Positions 35,911-64,000 of a stretch of DNA of 64,000 nucleotides are shown here, piece by piece. How positions within the stretch are numbered: the stretch's first letter is position 1; every line of letters begins with the position of its first letter. The DNA comes from the human T2T-CHM13v2.0 reference genome, Homo sapiens. The position numbers and the translations under genes were made by a program. Location: assembly GCF_009914755.1 (NCBI RefSeq), contig NC_060940.1. One strand, written 5' to 3'. The notes beneath the pieces are model-generated. The model saw only the letters and a program-made list of their open reading frames with translations, was not told the DNA's origin and ran no database searches.

Positions 35911-38635
35911 AGATACGGTCTCAGTCTGTTGCCCAGGCTGGAGAGCAATGGCATGATTATAGCTCACTACAGCCTTGACCTCCTGGGCTTAAACGATCCT
36001 CCCATGTCAGCCTCCCAAATAGCTGATACTACAGGTGTGCACCACGATGCCCAGCCAATTTTTGTAATATATATGTTTTTAGACAGAATCTTGCTCTGTC
36101 ACCCAGGCTGGAGTGCAGTGGTGCAATGTCCCCTTACTGCAACCTCTGCCTCATGGGTTCAAATGATTCTTGTGCTTCAGCTTCCTGAGTAACTGGGATG
36201 ACAGGCGTGAGCCATCATGCCCAGCTAACTTTTGTATTTTTAGTAGAGATGGGGTTTTGGCATGTTGCCCAGACTGGTCTCGAACCCCTTGGCTCAAGCA
36301 ATCTTGCCTGCCTTGGCCCCCCCAGGTACTGGGATTACCGGCGTGAGCCACCATGCCCAGCCCACGTGCATTATTTCTAAGCCTTATAGCAATCCCTTTG
36401 AGATAGGGAATCATGGCCCCACTTTGTAAATGAGAAGATAGGTTCAGAGAGGTGGAAGGGCTTGTCCAAGGTCACATTCCAGCACAGAGCTTGGCACAGA
36501 TCCAGCCTTGATAAGCTGTTGTAGAATGACACAAGAATCCTAGAATCTAGAATCATCGAAACCTGCTCTTTTCACTTTGGTAGAATTGGAAGAGCTTTGG
36601 GTGTTTGATCCATTTAAAAATGATTGCCTGATTCAATCCCTACAACGCAGAGCAGGGGTCCCCTTTGCCATGTGGCCTCCTGCCTGCATCTCCAGAGCCC
36701 TTGTTTGGATGGGGTGGCCTTTGCTTTAGGTAAAACAAATGTGATGCCTTACAACGGAAACTTTGGGGCTGCAGGAAAATGCACCTACAGGAGTGTGTGT
36801 ATGTGTGTGTATATGCGTGTGTGTGAGTGAGTGATGCCTCTCTCCTCCTCACACTCAGCTTCTTGGTAGAGAGGAGGTGAGCATGTGAGTCCCCGTGGGG
36901 TGAAGCTCTCCTTACTTCTGAGCATCACCACCCAGGTCCTTCCTTTGGGGCCCAGCTTGCCCCTGGCATCTGACCCCAGTTACGTCCTACTGATACACAC
37001 ATTCAGATGGAGACGGGGAAGCTCCTGGCTGTGATTGTCACCTGCCGTCACCTCAGAGCAAGTGTTAGCACTTCGGTGAGATGTCACAGGGAGGCAAGGG
37101 ACAAGGGACTGGGGAAATGCAGCCGTTTCTCTCGGAGAACTGGAAGCCTCCCTCCTGCAGCAGTTTCAGGTCGGAGCTCAGTGAGAACAAGTGACATCTT
37201 TTGGCAGGTGCATGTGCTCTGTGAGCAGACTGTAAATTCTTTTGTTGCTTTTGTTTTGGAGACAGGGTCAGGCTCTGTCGCCCAGCCTGGGGTGTAATGG
37301 CACCCTCCCGGCTCACTGTAGCCTCAACTTCCCAAGCCCAAGTGATCCTCCCATTTCTGCCTCCCAAGCACCTGGGACCATAGGCATGTGCCACCACGCC
37401 TGGCTAATTTTTGTATTTTTTTGTAGAGACGGGGTTTCACCACGTTGCCCAGGCTGATCTCGAACTCTTGGGCTCAAGCAATCTGCCCGCGTCGGCCTCC
37501 CAAAGTGCCAGGATTATAGGCGTGAACCACCGTGCCCGGTCTGACCCTCCCCTCTTTCTGGATGCGAGCTCCAAGAGCTGAGTTTTGACCCCTGACAGGA
37601 AAGAGCCTCCAGTTCTCAGCCCAGGCTCACCCTTGCCCCCCTGGACAGGAGCCAGAGTGGTTGGTGGAATTAGGATGCCTGCTTCCTGGGTGTGACCCCT
37701 ACCCCCACAACAAAGTAACACCTTGATTGCTGGAGCCAGATTGCTTCTCCTGGGGCAAGAAGGACCACAGACTGCCAGGACGTTGGGCAAGTCATTTAGC
37801 CCTTGTGCCCCATGGCCTCCCTGTAGGAAAGTGAAAGCGTTGTTATGAGGCTGCAATGAGTTCAGAATTGTGAAGAGCTGGTGCAGTGGCTCACACCTGC
37901 AATCCCAGCACTTTGGGAGGCTGAGGCGGGCAGATCACCTGAGGTCAGGAGTTCAAGACCTGTCTGGCCAATATGGTGAAACCCTGTCTCTACTAAAAAC
38001 ACAAAAATTAGCTGGGCATGGTGATGGGTGCCTGTAACCCCAGCTACTCGGGAGGCTTATGCAGGAGAATTGCTTGCCTCCGGGAGGTGGTTCAAGCGCT
38101 GTACTCCAGCCTGTGAGACAAGAGTGAGACTCTGTTTCAAAACAAAATAAAAGAGCTCGGCATGGTGGCTCACACCTGTAATCCTAGCACTTTGGGAGGC
38201 CGAGGTGGGTGGATTGCCTGAGCTTGGGATTTTGAGATCAACCTGTGCAATATGGCGAAACCCCATCTCTACTAAAACACAAAAATTAGCTGGGCGTGTT
38301 GGTGTGTGCCTGTAATCCTAGCACTTTGGGAGGCTGAGGTGGAATAATCGCTTGAACTTGGGAGGCAGAGATTTCAGTGAGCTGAGATGGCCCCACTGCA
38401 CTCTAGCCTGGGTGACAGAGTGACTCCATCTCAAAAAAAAAAAAAAAAAAAACAAACAAAAAACAAAACAACTTACTTGTTGCATCTTTACAGAAATACA
38501 TAGTCTTGATACTAATCCTTACATGATTCTCATTTTATAGGTGAGAAAATCAGGTTAAGCGACTTGCCCAAGGTCACACAACAAGGAAATTCTAGTCAGG
38601 ACTGGAACCTGGAAGTGACAGTCACTGCTTCCTAA

Positions 38636-39317
<682 letters not shown>

Positions 39318-40698
39318 TGAACGTGCTGAGGCCCAGAGAGGCAGGTGATTTTCCCAGGGGTGCCCAGCATGAGCTCATGAAGTCAGCATTCAGGACTTGC
39401 TTCTGTAGCAGCCCTGACTAGGGCTTTCTGGCCTCTCTCTGCATGTACCCAATAATTAGGAGCTCTTACCTTCCAAGGCACTCATTGCTTGAGCTGTTGG
39501 GAAACTTTCCCTTAGGACAAGCTGAAATCTATCCCTAGCTCTTTAGGTCTGAGGGACCTCATAGGGCCAGCTATACCGGTTTACCACTCCCTCCTTCCCT
39601 GCACATGGCTTATTGCCTCTTCTTGTTCTCAGTCTGCTTAAGACAATCAATGTTCCTTCCGTGGATCAGAGGCCAGTCCTGGCCCATCTGCAGGGAAGGA
39701 TTGAATTGACTATCACCCACCTGTCTTAGACACCCACTCCTATAGATGACAGCAGGACCTTCAGTCCCAACTTGGCAATATTGGAAACTCTGGATGAGAT
39801 TTAAGTTCTGGAAGTTGAGTTTTTGAGCATGAGCAACTTGTGGTTTCAGAGACCAGCTCCAGATATACCCTCTTTCAAACCTCTTCCTATTGCTAACACA
39901 AGGCTGCGTCTGAGCCATCAAGAATGGAAGAGAAGAAATCAGGGGCTTTTAGCCAGGCATGGTGGTGAACACCTGCGGTCCCCGTTACTCAGGAGGCTGA
40001 GGTGGGAGGATCACTTTAGCCTGGGAGGTCGAGGCTGTAGTGAGCTATGATTATAACATTGCACTCCAGCCTGGGCGACACAGTGAGACCTCAGAGACTT
40101 AAGGACAAAGAAGGTGGGGACACAAAACTCCCCTGGATTTCTCAGTGTGCCGGTAAAGAGCGCCAGCTTTGGCCGGGCGCAGTGGCTCATGCCTGTAATC
40201 CCAGCACTTTGGGAGGCCGAGGCAGGCGGATCACGAGGTCAGGAGATCGAGACCATCCTGGCCAACATGGTGAAACCCTGTCTCTACTAAAAATACAAAA
40301 AATTAGCCAGGCGTGGTGGCAGGCGCCTGTAGTCCCAGCTACTCGGGAGGCTGAGGCAGGAGAATGGCGTGAACCCAGGAGGGCGGAGCTTGCAGTGAGC
40401 CGAGATCTCATCACTGCATTCCAGCCTGGGCGACAAAGCGACACTCCGTCTCAAAAAAACAAAAAAACAAAAAAACAAAAAAAAAAAAAAGGAAAAGAAA
40501 AAAAAAAGAGCACCAGCTTCCTGAGACTTTTCACATCTTAATTTCAGAATTTTATCTGCAGTCATTTATACAGGTAATTGCTCTTATCCAAAAGAATAAT
40601 AGAACTTTTTTTCCTCCTAAAAGAACCAAATGTTTACAGCCTGAACGAGGGCCTAGGTTAAACAAGGTGTCAGGCAGCCTGAAGTAGCTACCTTCTTA

Positions 40699-41073
<375 letters not shown>

Positions 41074-41734
41074 CTAAGAGACAGGCAAAGGGAGAGTCCA
41101 AAGGGGAGATTAAGAGAGTGAAACAGAAACAAAAATTCATTCTGAGAGAGACAGCAGTTGAGAGAGGAAAGAGTAAAACCAGGAAAAGGTTTGAGGGAAG
41201 CTAAGAGAAAGATGGAGAGGCCAAATGAGAGGGACTGAGTTTGCGTGTTTATTCATTCACCTAGTATCTGTAGAGCGCCTAATGTGTGTCACACACTTTA
41301 GTCTAAGCTGGAGACAAGCAGTAAACACAATTTCTATTCCGTAGGAAGAGACAGACAAGAAACCAGCAAACAAGTAGAATACATTGCATGTCAGATGCTG
41401 ATAAATGTTATGGAGAAAAGGAAAGCCAGGCAGTGAGATGTTGGGGAGTTAGGAGATTTAAAATCAGGGAATTGGGAGAGGTCTTGCTGGAAAGGTAATA
41501 TTGAGCAAAGTCTGAGGGAGGAAAAAGAGGATGCCATGCAGTACCTGGGTTGGAGAGTGTTCCAGGCAGAGGGGACCGTAAGTGCAAAGTCCCTGATGCC
41601 GAGTGATCAATGGGGAAAGGGGTGATAAAAGAGTCAGAGTGATTAATGGGGTCATAGCAGATAGGGCTTTGTAAGCCACAGTTAGCACTTTGGTTTTTAT
41701 TCTAGATGAAATTTCTTTCTTTTCTTTTTTTTAA

Positions 41735-42890
<1,156 letters not shown>

Positions 42891-43399
42891 GCCACTTAAA
42901 TGAAATTTCAGCTGAGATTTGAAAGATACACATACAGGAACCAGGGCAGAATTGAGTTCTGGGCTGCAGGCTCTGGATTCAGTTCATTCATTTGTTCAAT
43001 GTCTCTCTATCATTCATTCTCCAAGCATTTAGAGAGGCCTACTTTGTCCCAGGCTTGTCCTGGGTGTACTAGAGAGACCAAAGTGGAAAAGACCCTCCCC
43101 TCAGCTCTGGAGGAAGAAAACATTTCAGGGTGGGGTGAGGTCCTGCCCTCCTGCAGGTGGGGTAATCCTGCCAGGGTGACCTTGGTCAGCCATAAACTTG
43201 GGGAATGAGTGGGTGACAGGCTGGGGAGGGGCTGCCAGCAAGGAGGAAGGAGCTGGAGAGTGTGGAGGTGGGAGTGGGGGGAGAAAGGGCAGACCCCCTT
43301 CAATTTTCTGTCTTTTCTGTGGTGTGAAAGGCCCTGGCTCCCCGCTGGCTCTGAGCTCTGACTCCAGGCAGGCCGGGGAGAGAACAGTGGATGGGCCAA

Positions 43400-43727
43400 G
43401 ACAGGTGGCCCTGTCATGTGATGTGTGCCCAGGGACTACTCAGCCCTCACTTTTAGAACGGTTTCCGGAAGTGATGGGAGGGATTGGGCAGGGCAGCTAA
43501 ATATAGTCCTGGGACCATGGCTCAGTCTGGGAGGGTCTTCCGCTGAGCACTGTGTGCCCATCACGCGTGGTGTCCACTGCCAGCTGCCCCTGTGAGTCCC
43601 TGTCCTTGCTTGGAGCCTGCTGCTTGTCTCAGATCCTTGGACCCAGCCCTGACCCCAGTCCAGCTAAGCTCAACCCTGACCGGTCCTCCTTCGAGACTCT
43701 TTCAGCCTAAGATCTCCAACCAGACCT
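43400..43727 (+). promoter_or_regulatory. TRIM72: TRIM72 muscle-type promoter and non-coding exon 1
   Basis: MEF2 consensus CTAAATATAG at 43497-43506. E-boxes CAGGTG (43402), CATGTG (43415), CAGCTG (43581). Splice donor GTGAGT at 43728. Confidence 0.7.
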
Positions 43728-44168
43728 GTGAGTCCCGTGGGCTGGAGAGAGGGGGAGGGGAGGTCTGGGTATCTTGGTAAAGTGAGGGAGGGGAGTCTCG
43801 GAGTGGGGGCTCTGGAGAATTTGGGTCCGGGACTAAGGTCAGAGGCTGAGGCCTGGGGCTAAGGCGAGGGCAAGGACAGTGGGCTAGAATCTGGGCTTGT
43901 GTTCAGGAACTGGGGTTGACTGATAGGGCATATTTTTGGGGTTGGAGCTGAGAATTGCAGTGGAGGCTGCTTTTGGGCCTGAGACCGAGTTCCTCTTTCC
44001 CCTTGGCCGTCAGAGTCCCATCCAGTGTAGGATGTGAGGTCTTTACAGGCTGGGGCTTCTCCCTGCGGGGCGGCGGGCCCGGCCTGGGCTAGGGCTGGGC
44101 CAGGGCTGGGCCGGGAGCGCGGCGCCGCGGGGTCCCCCTAACCTACTCCTCCTCCACCCAGGCCCGCC

Positions 44169-54192
<10,024 letters not shown>

Positions 54193-54418
54193 GCCGCCGG
54201 ACGGGTAGTGGAGGGGCGCGGGGGCCTGGGTTGAAGCTTAGGTCTCCTTGGTCGGGTCTGACGGGAGAAGGGTGGGGAGCGGGTTGCCAGGGCCCAGGGG
54301 GCTGGGAACTGGGGGATCTCCCAGAATACTGACAAGCGTGGGGTAGGACTGGCTTGGTGGCTCATGCCTGTAATCCCAGCACTTTGGGAGACGGAGGCGG
54401 GTGGATCACCTGAGGTCA

Positions 54419-54733
<315 letters not shown>

Positions 54734-55038
54734 TCAGTGGGGAAATCAGAATTTGGGAACCAGGAGGCCTGAGAATTCCAGGAAGAAACTAAGGTTGAGC
54801 GAGGGAGGGACAGGGCCAGGTTGGGGATTGATGGGAGGAGCTTGAGAACCTGTAGATAAGGGGCTCCTTTTGCCTCACACTCCCCTCCTCCTTAGGCCTT
54901 GGGTCCCCCGCTCCAGATTCACCTTACCCAAAAGCCTTCTCCTTAGTTCTCCACCTTAGGCATGCATTAAAATCACCTTTTTAAAGCCCTTAGCCATGAC
55001 TTGTTAAAGCATAGGGTGCTAAGTTTCTGATTTAGTAG

Positions 55039-55410
<372 letters not shown>

Positions 55411-57198
55411 TAGTTTTTGTAGAAATGGTGTCTCGTTACATTGCCCAGGCTGATCTTGAACTCTTGGCCTCAGGTGATCCTCCTGCCTTGGCCTTCCAAG
55501 TGCTGGGATTACAGGTGTGAGCCACCACGCCCTGCCAAAAATGTGCATTTCTAGCAGGTTCCCAGGTGACGCTGCTGGCCACAGGGGCTGACGCTGCGGG
55601 AAGCCCTGACCTAGTGCACAACCCATTGGGCTCTTCACTGTCAGTGTAGAGGCATAGGTCCAAAATATGTTTCCCCAGTCAAAAACATGTAAGGTTTGCA
55701 CCAGGAGTGGAAGGAAACAAACAAACATAAACCAAAGCAAAGACACTTAAGGGCTGGGTACTCATGCCTGTAAACCCAACACTTTGGGAGTTTGAGGCAG
55801 GAGGCTCATTTGAGGCCAGGAGTTTGAGACCAGCCTGGGGAACATAGTGAGACCCTGTTGCAACAAAAACCAGAAAAACAACAAAAAGAAGACATTGGAA
55901 AATGGCTGGAGCTGATTCTAGGTGAATAAACAACCCTCGACTTAACTTGCTTTGCCTCTGGGATATGTTTATCGAGCGTCTTGAACGTTGAGGAAGCCAG
56001 CCAAGAGAAAGAGCCTGATGCCAAGGTCACACCGGTCCCTGCTGCTCATGGGGAAGAGAAGGCCCCCAACTAGATGTCCCAGAACTGGCCGCTCCCCACT
56101 TACTTGCTGGTTCACACCTTCTTTGGTTTTAGCGCACAGGGCATTTCTTGGGCTCTGGAGTAACCACTGAGGCCAGAGTGAGAGTCCCTCTTCCCTGGAG
56201 GGAGAGGCCTTTGGGGATCCAGACAGGCTTCTCTCCTGAGGGAAGACGCTGGCCTGGGGTCACTCATTTTCACGGGGAGGGTGTGCTGGCGGGATGGGTG
56301 GAAGGGCCTGGGGCCCCGGCAGCCCATTGCGGAGGTTTTCTCGGGAGATGGTGGGTATGGGACTAAGGGTGAAAGGGAAGTTGTGAGTTGGGTAAGAAAG
56401 GCCTGAGGATCTGGCAGGGGAAGGCGGCACACCTGGGTGTGTCTCCCAGAGGAAGGCCTGTGGAGCCCTGGCTTCAGGAGACAGAAGAGAGGATTAACGG
56501 TAGAAGCTCTTTCATGTTAGAAAATAAAACAATATAGCTAAGGGATTATTTGGTTGTAAAATCCAACACCATTAATAAAACTGTTATATTCTGACTCCTT
56601 CCTCATTAAATCCACATGAAAAGACATGTGACCTACTGCAAGGCCTCCTAATTGCCCTCCAGCCTTTAATCCTGACTTGGTAATGTTTCCAAAAATGCAA
56701 ATGTGGTCACGGGACTCAGTTGCTCAAAACTTTCAACAACTCCCTCTTGCCTACAGGATAAAGCCCCCAGTCTTTGGCTTAGCATTTGAGCTGTTCTGCC
56801 ATGTTTTTTGTTGGTTGGTTTATTTGTTTTGTTTGAGACAGAGTCTCGCTCTGTCGCCCAGGCTGGAGTGCAGTGGTGTGATCACCGTAACCTCCGCCTC
56901 CTAGGTTCAAGGGATTCTCCTGCCTCAGCCTCCCGAGTAGCTGGGATTACAGGTGCCCGCCAGGCTGGTCTCGAACTCCTGACCTCAGGTGATCCACCCA
57001 TTTTGGCCTCCCAAAGTGCTGGGATTACAGGCTGGCCTTCCAGCTTCATCTGTTTTTAGTTAAAAAACAATTTTTTTTTTTGAGACAAGGTCTTGCTCTG
57101 TCGCACAGGCTGGAGTGCAATGGTGTGATTGTGGCTCACTGCAGCCTTGACCTCCTGGGCTCACATGATCCTCCCACTCCAGCCTCCTGAGTAGATAG

Positions 57199-57531
<333 letters not shown>

Positions 57532-57808
57532 TGACACTACGCCTAGCTGATTTTTGTATTTCTAGTGGGGACAGGGGCTTCACTATGTTGGCCAGCCTGG
57601 TCTCGAACTCCTGACCTCAGGGGATCCCCCAACTCGGCCTCCCAAAGTACTAGGATTACAGGCTTGAACCGCCGCGCCCAGCCCCAGCTTCATCTTAAAA
57701 AGAAAAGTTCTCTGTTTTAATATCTAACAGGGCAAATATTGAAAGATAAAACCACATAACAAAAGCTCTTTGGGATCCTAGTGTTGGGGAAAGGCTGCTG
57801 TCCATTGA

Positions 57809-58402
<594 letters not shown>

Positions 58403-59415
58403 TGACCTTCTAGGCCTCCAGGAAGAATCAGTTACTCTCCTCTCTGGATCGCCCAGCAGCTCCTCCACCATGTGTAGCCCACGGCATTGAATTGTCTACA
58501 CACAGGCCATGGTGTCTGGAGGGATGGTGGTATCTGAGACCCAAAGCCTCCTTCTGAGGAAATGGGTACTCTGAGAAGCAGATGCCAAGATAGGATTAAA
58601 TGGGCAGAGATTTTAGGAGGGAAGATGCCCATGTGAGGGAAGATGGGGAGGGCCATCAGACCGTGTCGCAAGTCTGCTGTTCGTGTGGGAGGGAGGGAGG
58701 GAAGGCTCTTGTGGCGTCTCCGGCAGCCAGAGCCACCGTCCAAACACTCCTGTGCCTTCCGGGACCCGGGCTGGCTTTAGTCTCCCTGCAGAGCTGAGTA
58801 ATGTATGCTGCCTTTTGTTGGAATTATATCAGGAAACTTTCTTTCGAAGCTGCCACAGGTTCTTTCTGCGTATAGTTGCCCCAGCTTGAGCTGCATGCAT
58901 TGAAGGAAATGGCCCATGGCTGACTGAGTGAGGTGGGCTTTGTGGGAAAAGCTGCGTAATCCAGGTGGTCCTTGTCGGGTGGGGCTGCCTGACCCAGGCA
59001 GGGTCTCCCTGGGGATGTAGGAAGGTGAAATGTGAACAGAGAAAGGAGTTCCTCCAGCACATGTGTTCTAAAGCACCAGCGTCCCCTCCGTGAGTCCCTC
59101 CTCTCCACGGGAACGCTGGAAACCCCCAGAAACTGGCTGCCAAGACATTTCCTGTGTTTCCTGACATCTTTAGGTAGCATAATAGCAAACTTGAACCTGC
59201 CAAGGCCATGATAAAACTGCAAGCAAGAACATTTATCGTGGCCAGGTGCAGTGGCTCACGCCTGTAATCCCAGCACTTTTGGAGGTTGAGGCGGGTGAAT
59301 CACCTGAGGTCAGGAGTTCGAGACCAGTCTGGTCAACATGGTGAAACCCCATCTTTACTAAAAATACAAAAATTAGCCAGGCATGGTGGTGCATGCCTGC
59401 AATCCCAGCTACTCA

Positions 59416-60317
<902 letters not shown>

Positions 60318-60381
60318 GAATGAGACACTGTCTCAAAGGAAAAAAAAGAAAATTTATTGAGACCTTATTATGCGTCAATAG

Positions 60382-60696
<315 letters not shown>

Positions 60697-61011
60697 TGAT
60701 CCGCCCGCCTCGGCCTCCCAAAGTGCTGGGATTACAGGCGTGAGCCACCGCGTCCGGCTTAGGTTGCCTCTTATACTGGGTTCACGCATCCCCTGGGTGC
60801 ATGACAGTCTGACCACAAAGGACCCCGGTCCACAGAAGCATGATGCATCTTGGAGTATCGACTTTATGCCAATATTCTTCTTCTTGATACTGGTGGTGGT
60901 GAGAAAGTTGGGTAATTTAACCAAAAGTAAAAATCAAGATGTCACGTTCCCATTAAAACAAACATAGAGTACAGAATCTGTGTGAATTTTCAAGCTAAAA
61001 CAAGAGATGTC

Positions 61012-62551
61012 GCTCTCCCTCTCCCTCTCCCTCTCCCTCTCCCCATGGTCTCCCTCTCCCTCTCTTTCCACGGTCTCCCTCTGATGCCGAGCCGAAGCTG
61101 GACGGTACTGCTGCCATCTCGGTTCACTGCAACCTCCCTGGCCTGATTCTCCTGCCTCAGCCTGCCGAGTGCCTGCGATTGCAGGCGCGCGCCGCCTCGC
61201 CTGACTGGTTTTCGTAGTTTTTTGGTGGAGACGGGGTTTCGCTGTGTTGGCCGGGCTGGTCTCCAGCTCCTAACCGCGAGTGATCCGCCAGCCTCGGCCT
61301 CCTGAGGTGCCGGGATTGCAGACGGAGTCTCGTTCACTCAGTGCTCAATGGTGCCCAGGCTGGAGTGCAGTGGCGTGATCTCGGCTCGCTACAGCCTCCA
61401 CCTCCCAGCCGCCTGCCTTGGCCTCCCAAAGTGCCAAGATTGCAGCCTCTGCCCGGCCGCCACCCCGTCTGGGAAGTGAGGAGCGTCTCCGCCTGGCCGC
61501 CCATCGTCTGGGATGTGAGGAGCCCCTCTGCCTGGCTGCCCAGTCTGGAAAGTGAGGAGCGTCTCTGCCCGGCCGCCATCCCATCTAGGAAGTGAGGAGC
61601 GCCTCTGCCCGGCCGCCCATCGTCTGAGATGTGGGGAGCACCTCTGCCCCGCCGCCCCGTCTGGGATGTGAGGAGCATCTCTGCCCGGCCGCCCCGTCTG
61701 AGAAGTGAGGAGACCCTCTGCCTGGCAACCGCCCCGTCTGAGAAGTGAGGAGCCCCTCCGCCCAGCAGCCATCCCGTCTGGGAAGTGAGGAGCTTCTCCG
61801 CCCGGCAGCCACCTCGTCCGGGAGGGAGGTGGGGGGGTCAGCCCCCCGCCTGGCCAGCCGCCCCGTCCGGGAGGGAGTTGGGGGGGTCAGCCCCCCATCC
61901 GGCCAGCCGCCCCGTCCGGGAGGGAGGTGGGGGGGTCAGCCCCCCGCCCGGCCAGCCGCCCCGTCCGGGAGGTGAGGGGCGCCTCTGCCCGGCCGCCCCT
62001 ACTGGGAAGTGAGGAGCCCCTCTGCCCCGCCAGCCGCCCCGTCCGGGAGGGAGGTGGGGGGGTCAGCCCCCCCGCCCGGCCAGCTGCCCCGTCCGGGAGG
62101 GAGGTGGGGGGTCAGCCCCCCGCCCGGCCAGCCGCCCCGTCCGGGAGGTGAGGGGCGCCTCTGCCCGGCCGCCCCTACTGGGAAGTGAGGAGCCCCTCTG
62201 CCCCGCCAGCCGCCCCATCCGGGAGGGAGGTGGGAGGGTCAGCCCCCCGCCTGGCCAGCCGCCCCGTCCGGGAGGTGAGGGGCGCCTCTGCCCGGCCGCC
62301 CCTACTGGGAAGTGAGGAGCCCCTCTGCCCGGCCACCACTCCGTCTGGGAGGTGTACCCAATAGCTCATTGAGAACGGGCCATGATGACAGTGGCGGTTT
62401 TGTGGAATAGAAAGGGGGGAAAAGTGGGGAAAAGATTGAGAAATCGGATGGTTGCCGTGTCTGTGTAGAAAGAGGTAGACATGGGAGACTTTTCATTTTG
62501 TTCTGTACTAAGAAAAATTCTTCTGCCTTGGGAAAAAAAAAAAAAAAAAAA
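61012..62551 (+). mobile_element. SVA retrotransposon (young, D-F-like) with 3'-truncated SINE-R
   Basis: (CCCTCT)n head, antisense Alu-like domain ~61080-61440, GC-rich VNTR ~61440-62350, SINE-R ~62350-62532, poly(A). TSD AAGAGATGTC at 61002-61011 and 62552-62561. Confidence 0.95.
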
Positions 62552-62924
62552 AAGAGATGTCCACAAAATTTTGCATTGGTGCTGGCCATTTGTATAGGCC
62601 TTCAGACTCTCAAAAATGTGAGTTCTTAAAATTATTATTATTTATTTTTGAGACAGGGTTTCACTCCATCACCCAGGCTAGAGTACAGTGGTGTGATTTC
62701 TGCAGCCTCGACCTCCCAGTTTCAGGTGATCCTCCCACCTCATCCTCCCAAGTAGCTGGAATTACAGGCACACGCCACCATGACTGGCTAATTTTTTTAA
62801 GTTTAGTAGAGATGGGATTTCACCGTGTTGCCCAGTCTGGTCTCAAATGCCTGGGCGCAAGTCATTCACCTGCCTCAGCCTCCCAAAGTGTTGGGATTAC
62901 AGGTGTGAGCCACTCCGCCTGGCC

Positions 62925-63787
<863 letters not shown>

Positions 63788-64000
63788 TGTATTAGTCCAT
63801 TCTCACACTGCTGTGAAGACATACTTGAGACTGGGTAATTTACAAAGGAAAGAGATTTAATCAGCTCATGGTTCTGTGGGCTGTACAGGCTTCTGCTTCT
63901 GGGAAGGCCTCAGGAAACTTATAATCATGGTGGAAGGTGAAGGGCAAGAAGGCACATCTTCACATGGCTGGCGGGAGGTGAGAGAGGTGCTACATGCTTT
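63788..64000. mobile_element. MaLR LTR (MST-like), runs off the window end
   Basis: TGTATTAGTCCATTCTCACACTGCT...GAGACTGGGTAATTTACAAAGGAAAGAG is typical of an MST/THE1 LTR terminus. Confidence 0.75.

Noticed and set aside
35343-35978. 211-aa F/L/S/P and K/E/R/G-rich ORFs
   Set aside because: Translations of a simple-sequence tract.
60990-62589. Overlapping GC-rich ORFs
   Set aside because: Derived from the SVA Alu-like and VNTR domains.

Overview
Human genomic DNA, recognisable as the chr16p11.2 FUS-PYCARD-TRIM72/PYDC1 locus, and very Alu-dense. Four protein-coding genes can be rebuilt exon by exon from GT-AG junctions: FUS (+, 15 coding exons, 526 aa), PYCARD/ASC (-, 3 exons, 195 aa), TRIM72/MG53 (+, 6 coding exons, 477 aa) and PYDC1/POP1 (-, 89 aa, nested in TRIM72 intron 2). 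The window also holds the overlapping 170-aa altFUS ORF, a start-less but otherwise intact NDUFA3 processed pseudogene, two solo LTRs nested in Alus, a 3'-truncated SVA, a short polyadenylated LTR12 retrocopy, a ~17-bp VNTR in TRIM72, and L1, Tigger1 and MaLR fragments. The locus is well studied, so most features are known. Three observations are less obvious and are inferences that need testing. (1) A second +1-frame ORF starts 27 nt after the altFUS stop, and skipping of autoregulated exon 7 fuses it in frame to canonical FUS residues 267-526. (2) Exons 4-5 (333 nt) are flanked by inverted Alus and would form a circle with no stop in either frame. (3) PYDC1 appears to keep vestiges of PYCARD intron 1 and exon 2, with its stop codon apparently derived from the ancestral splice donor.
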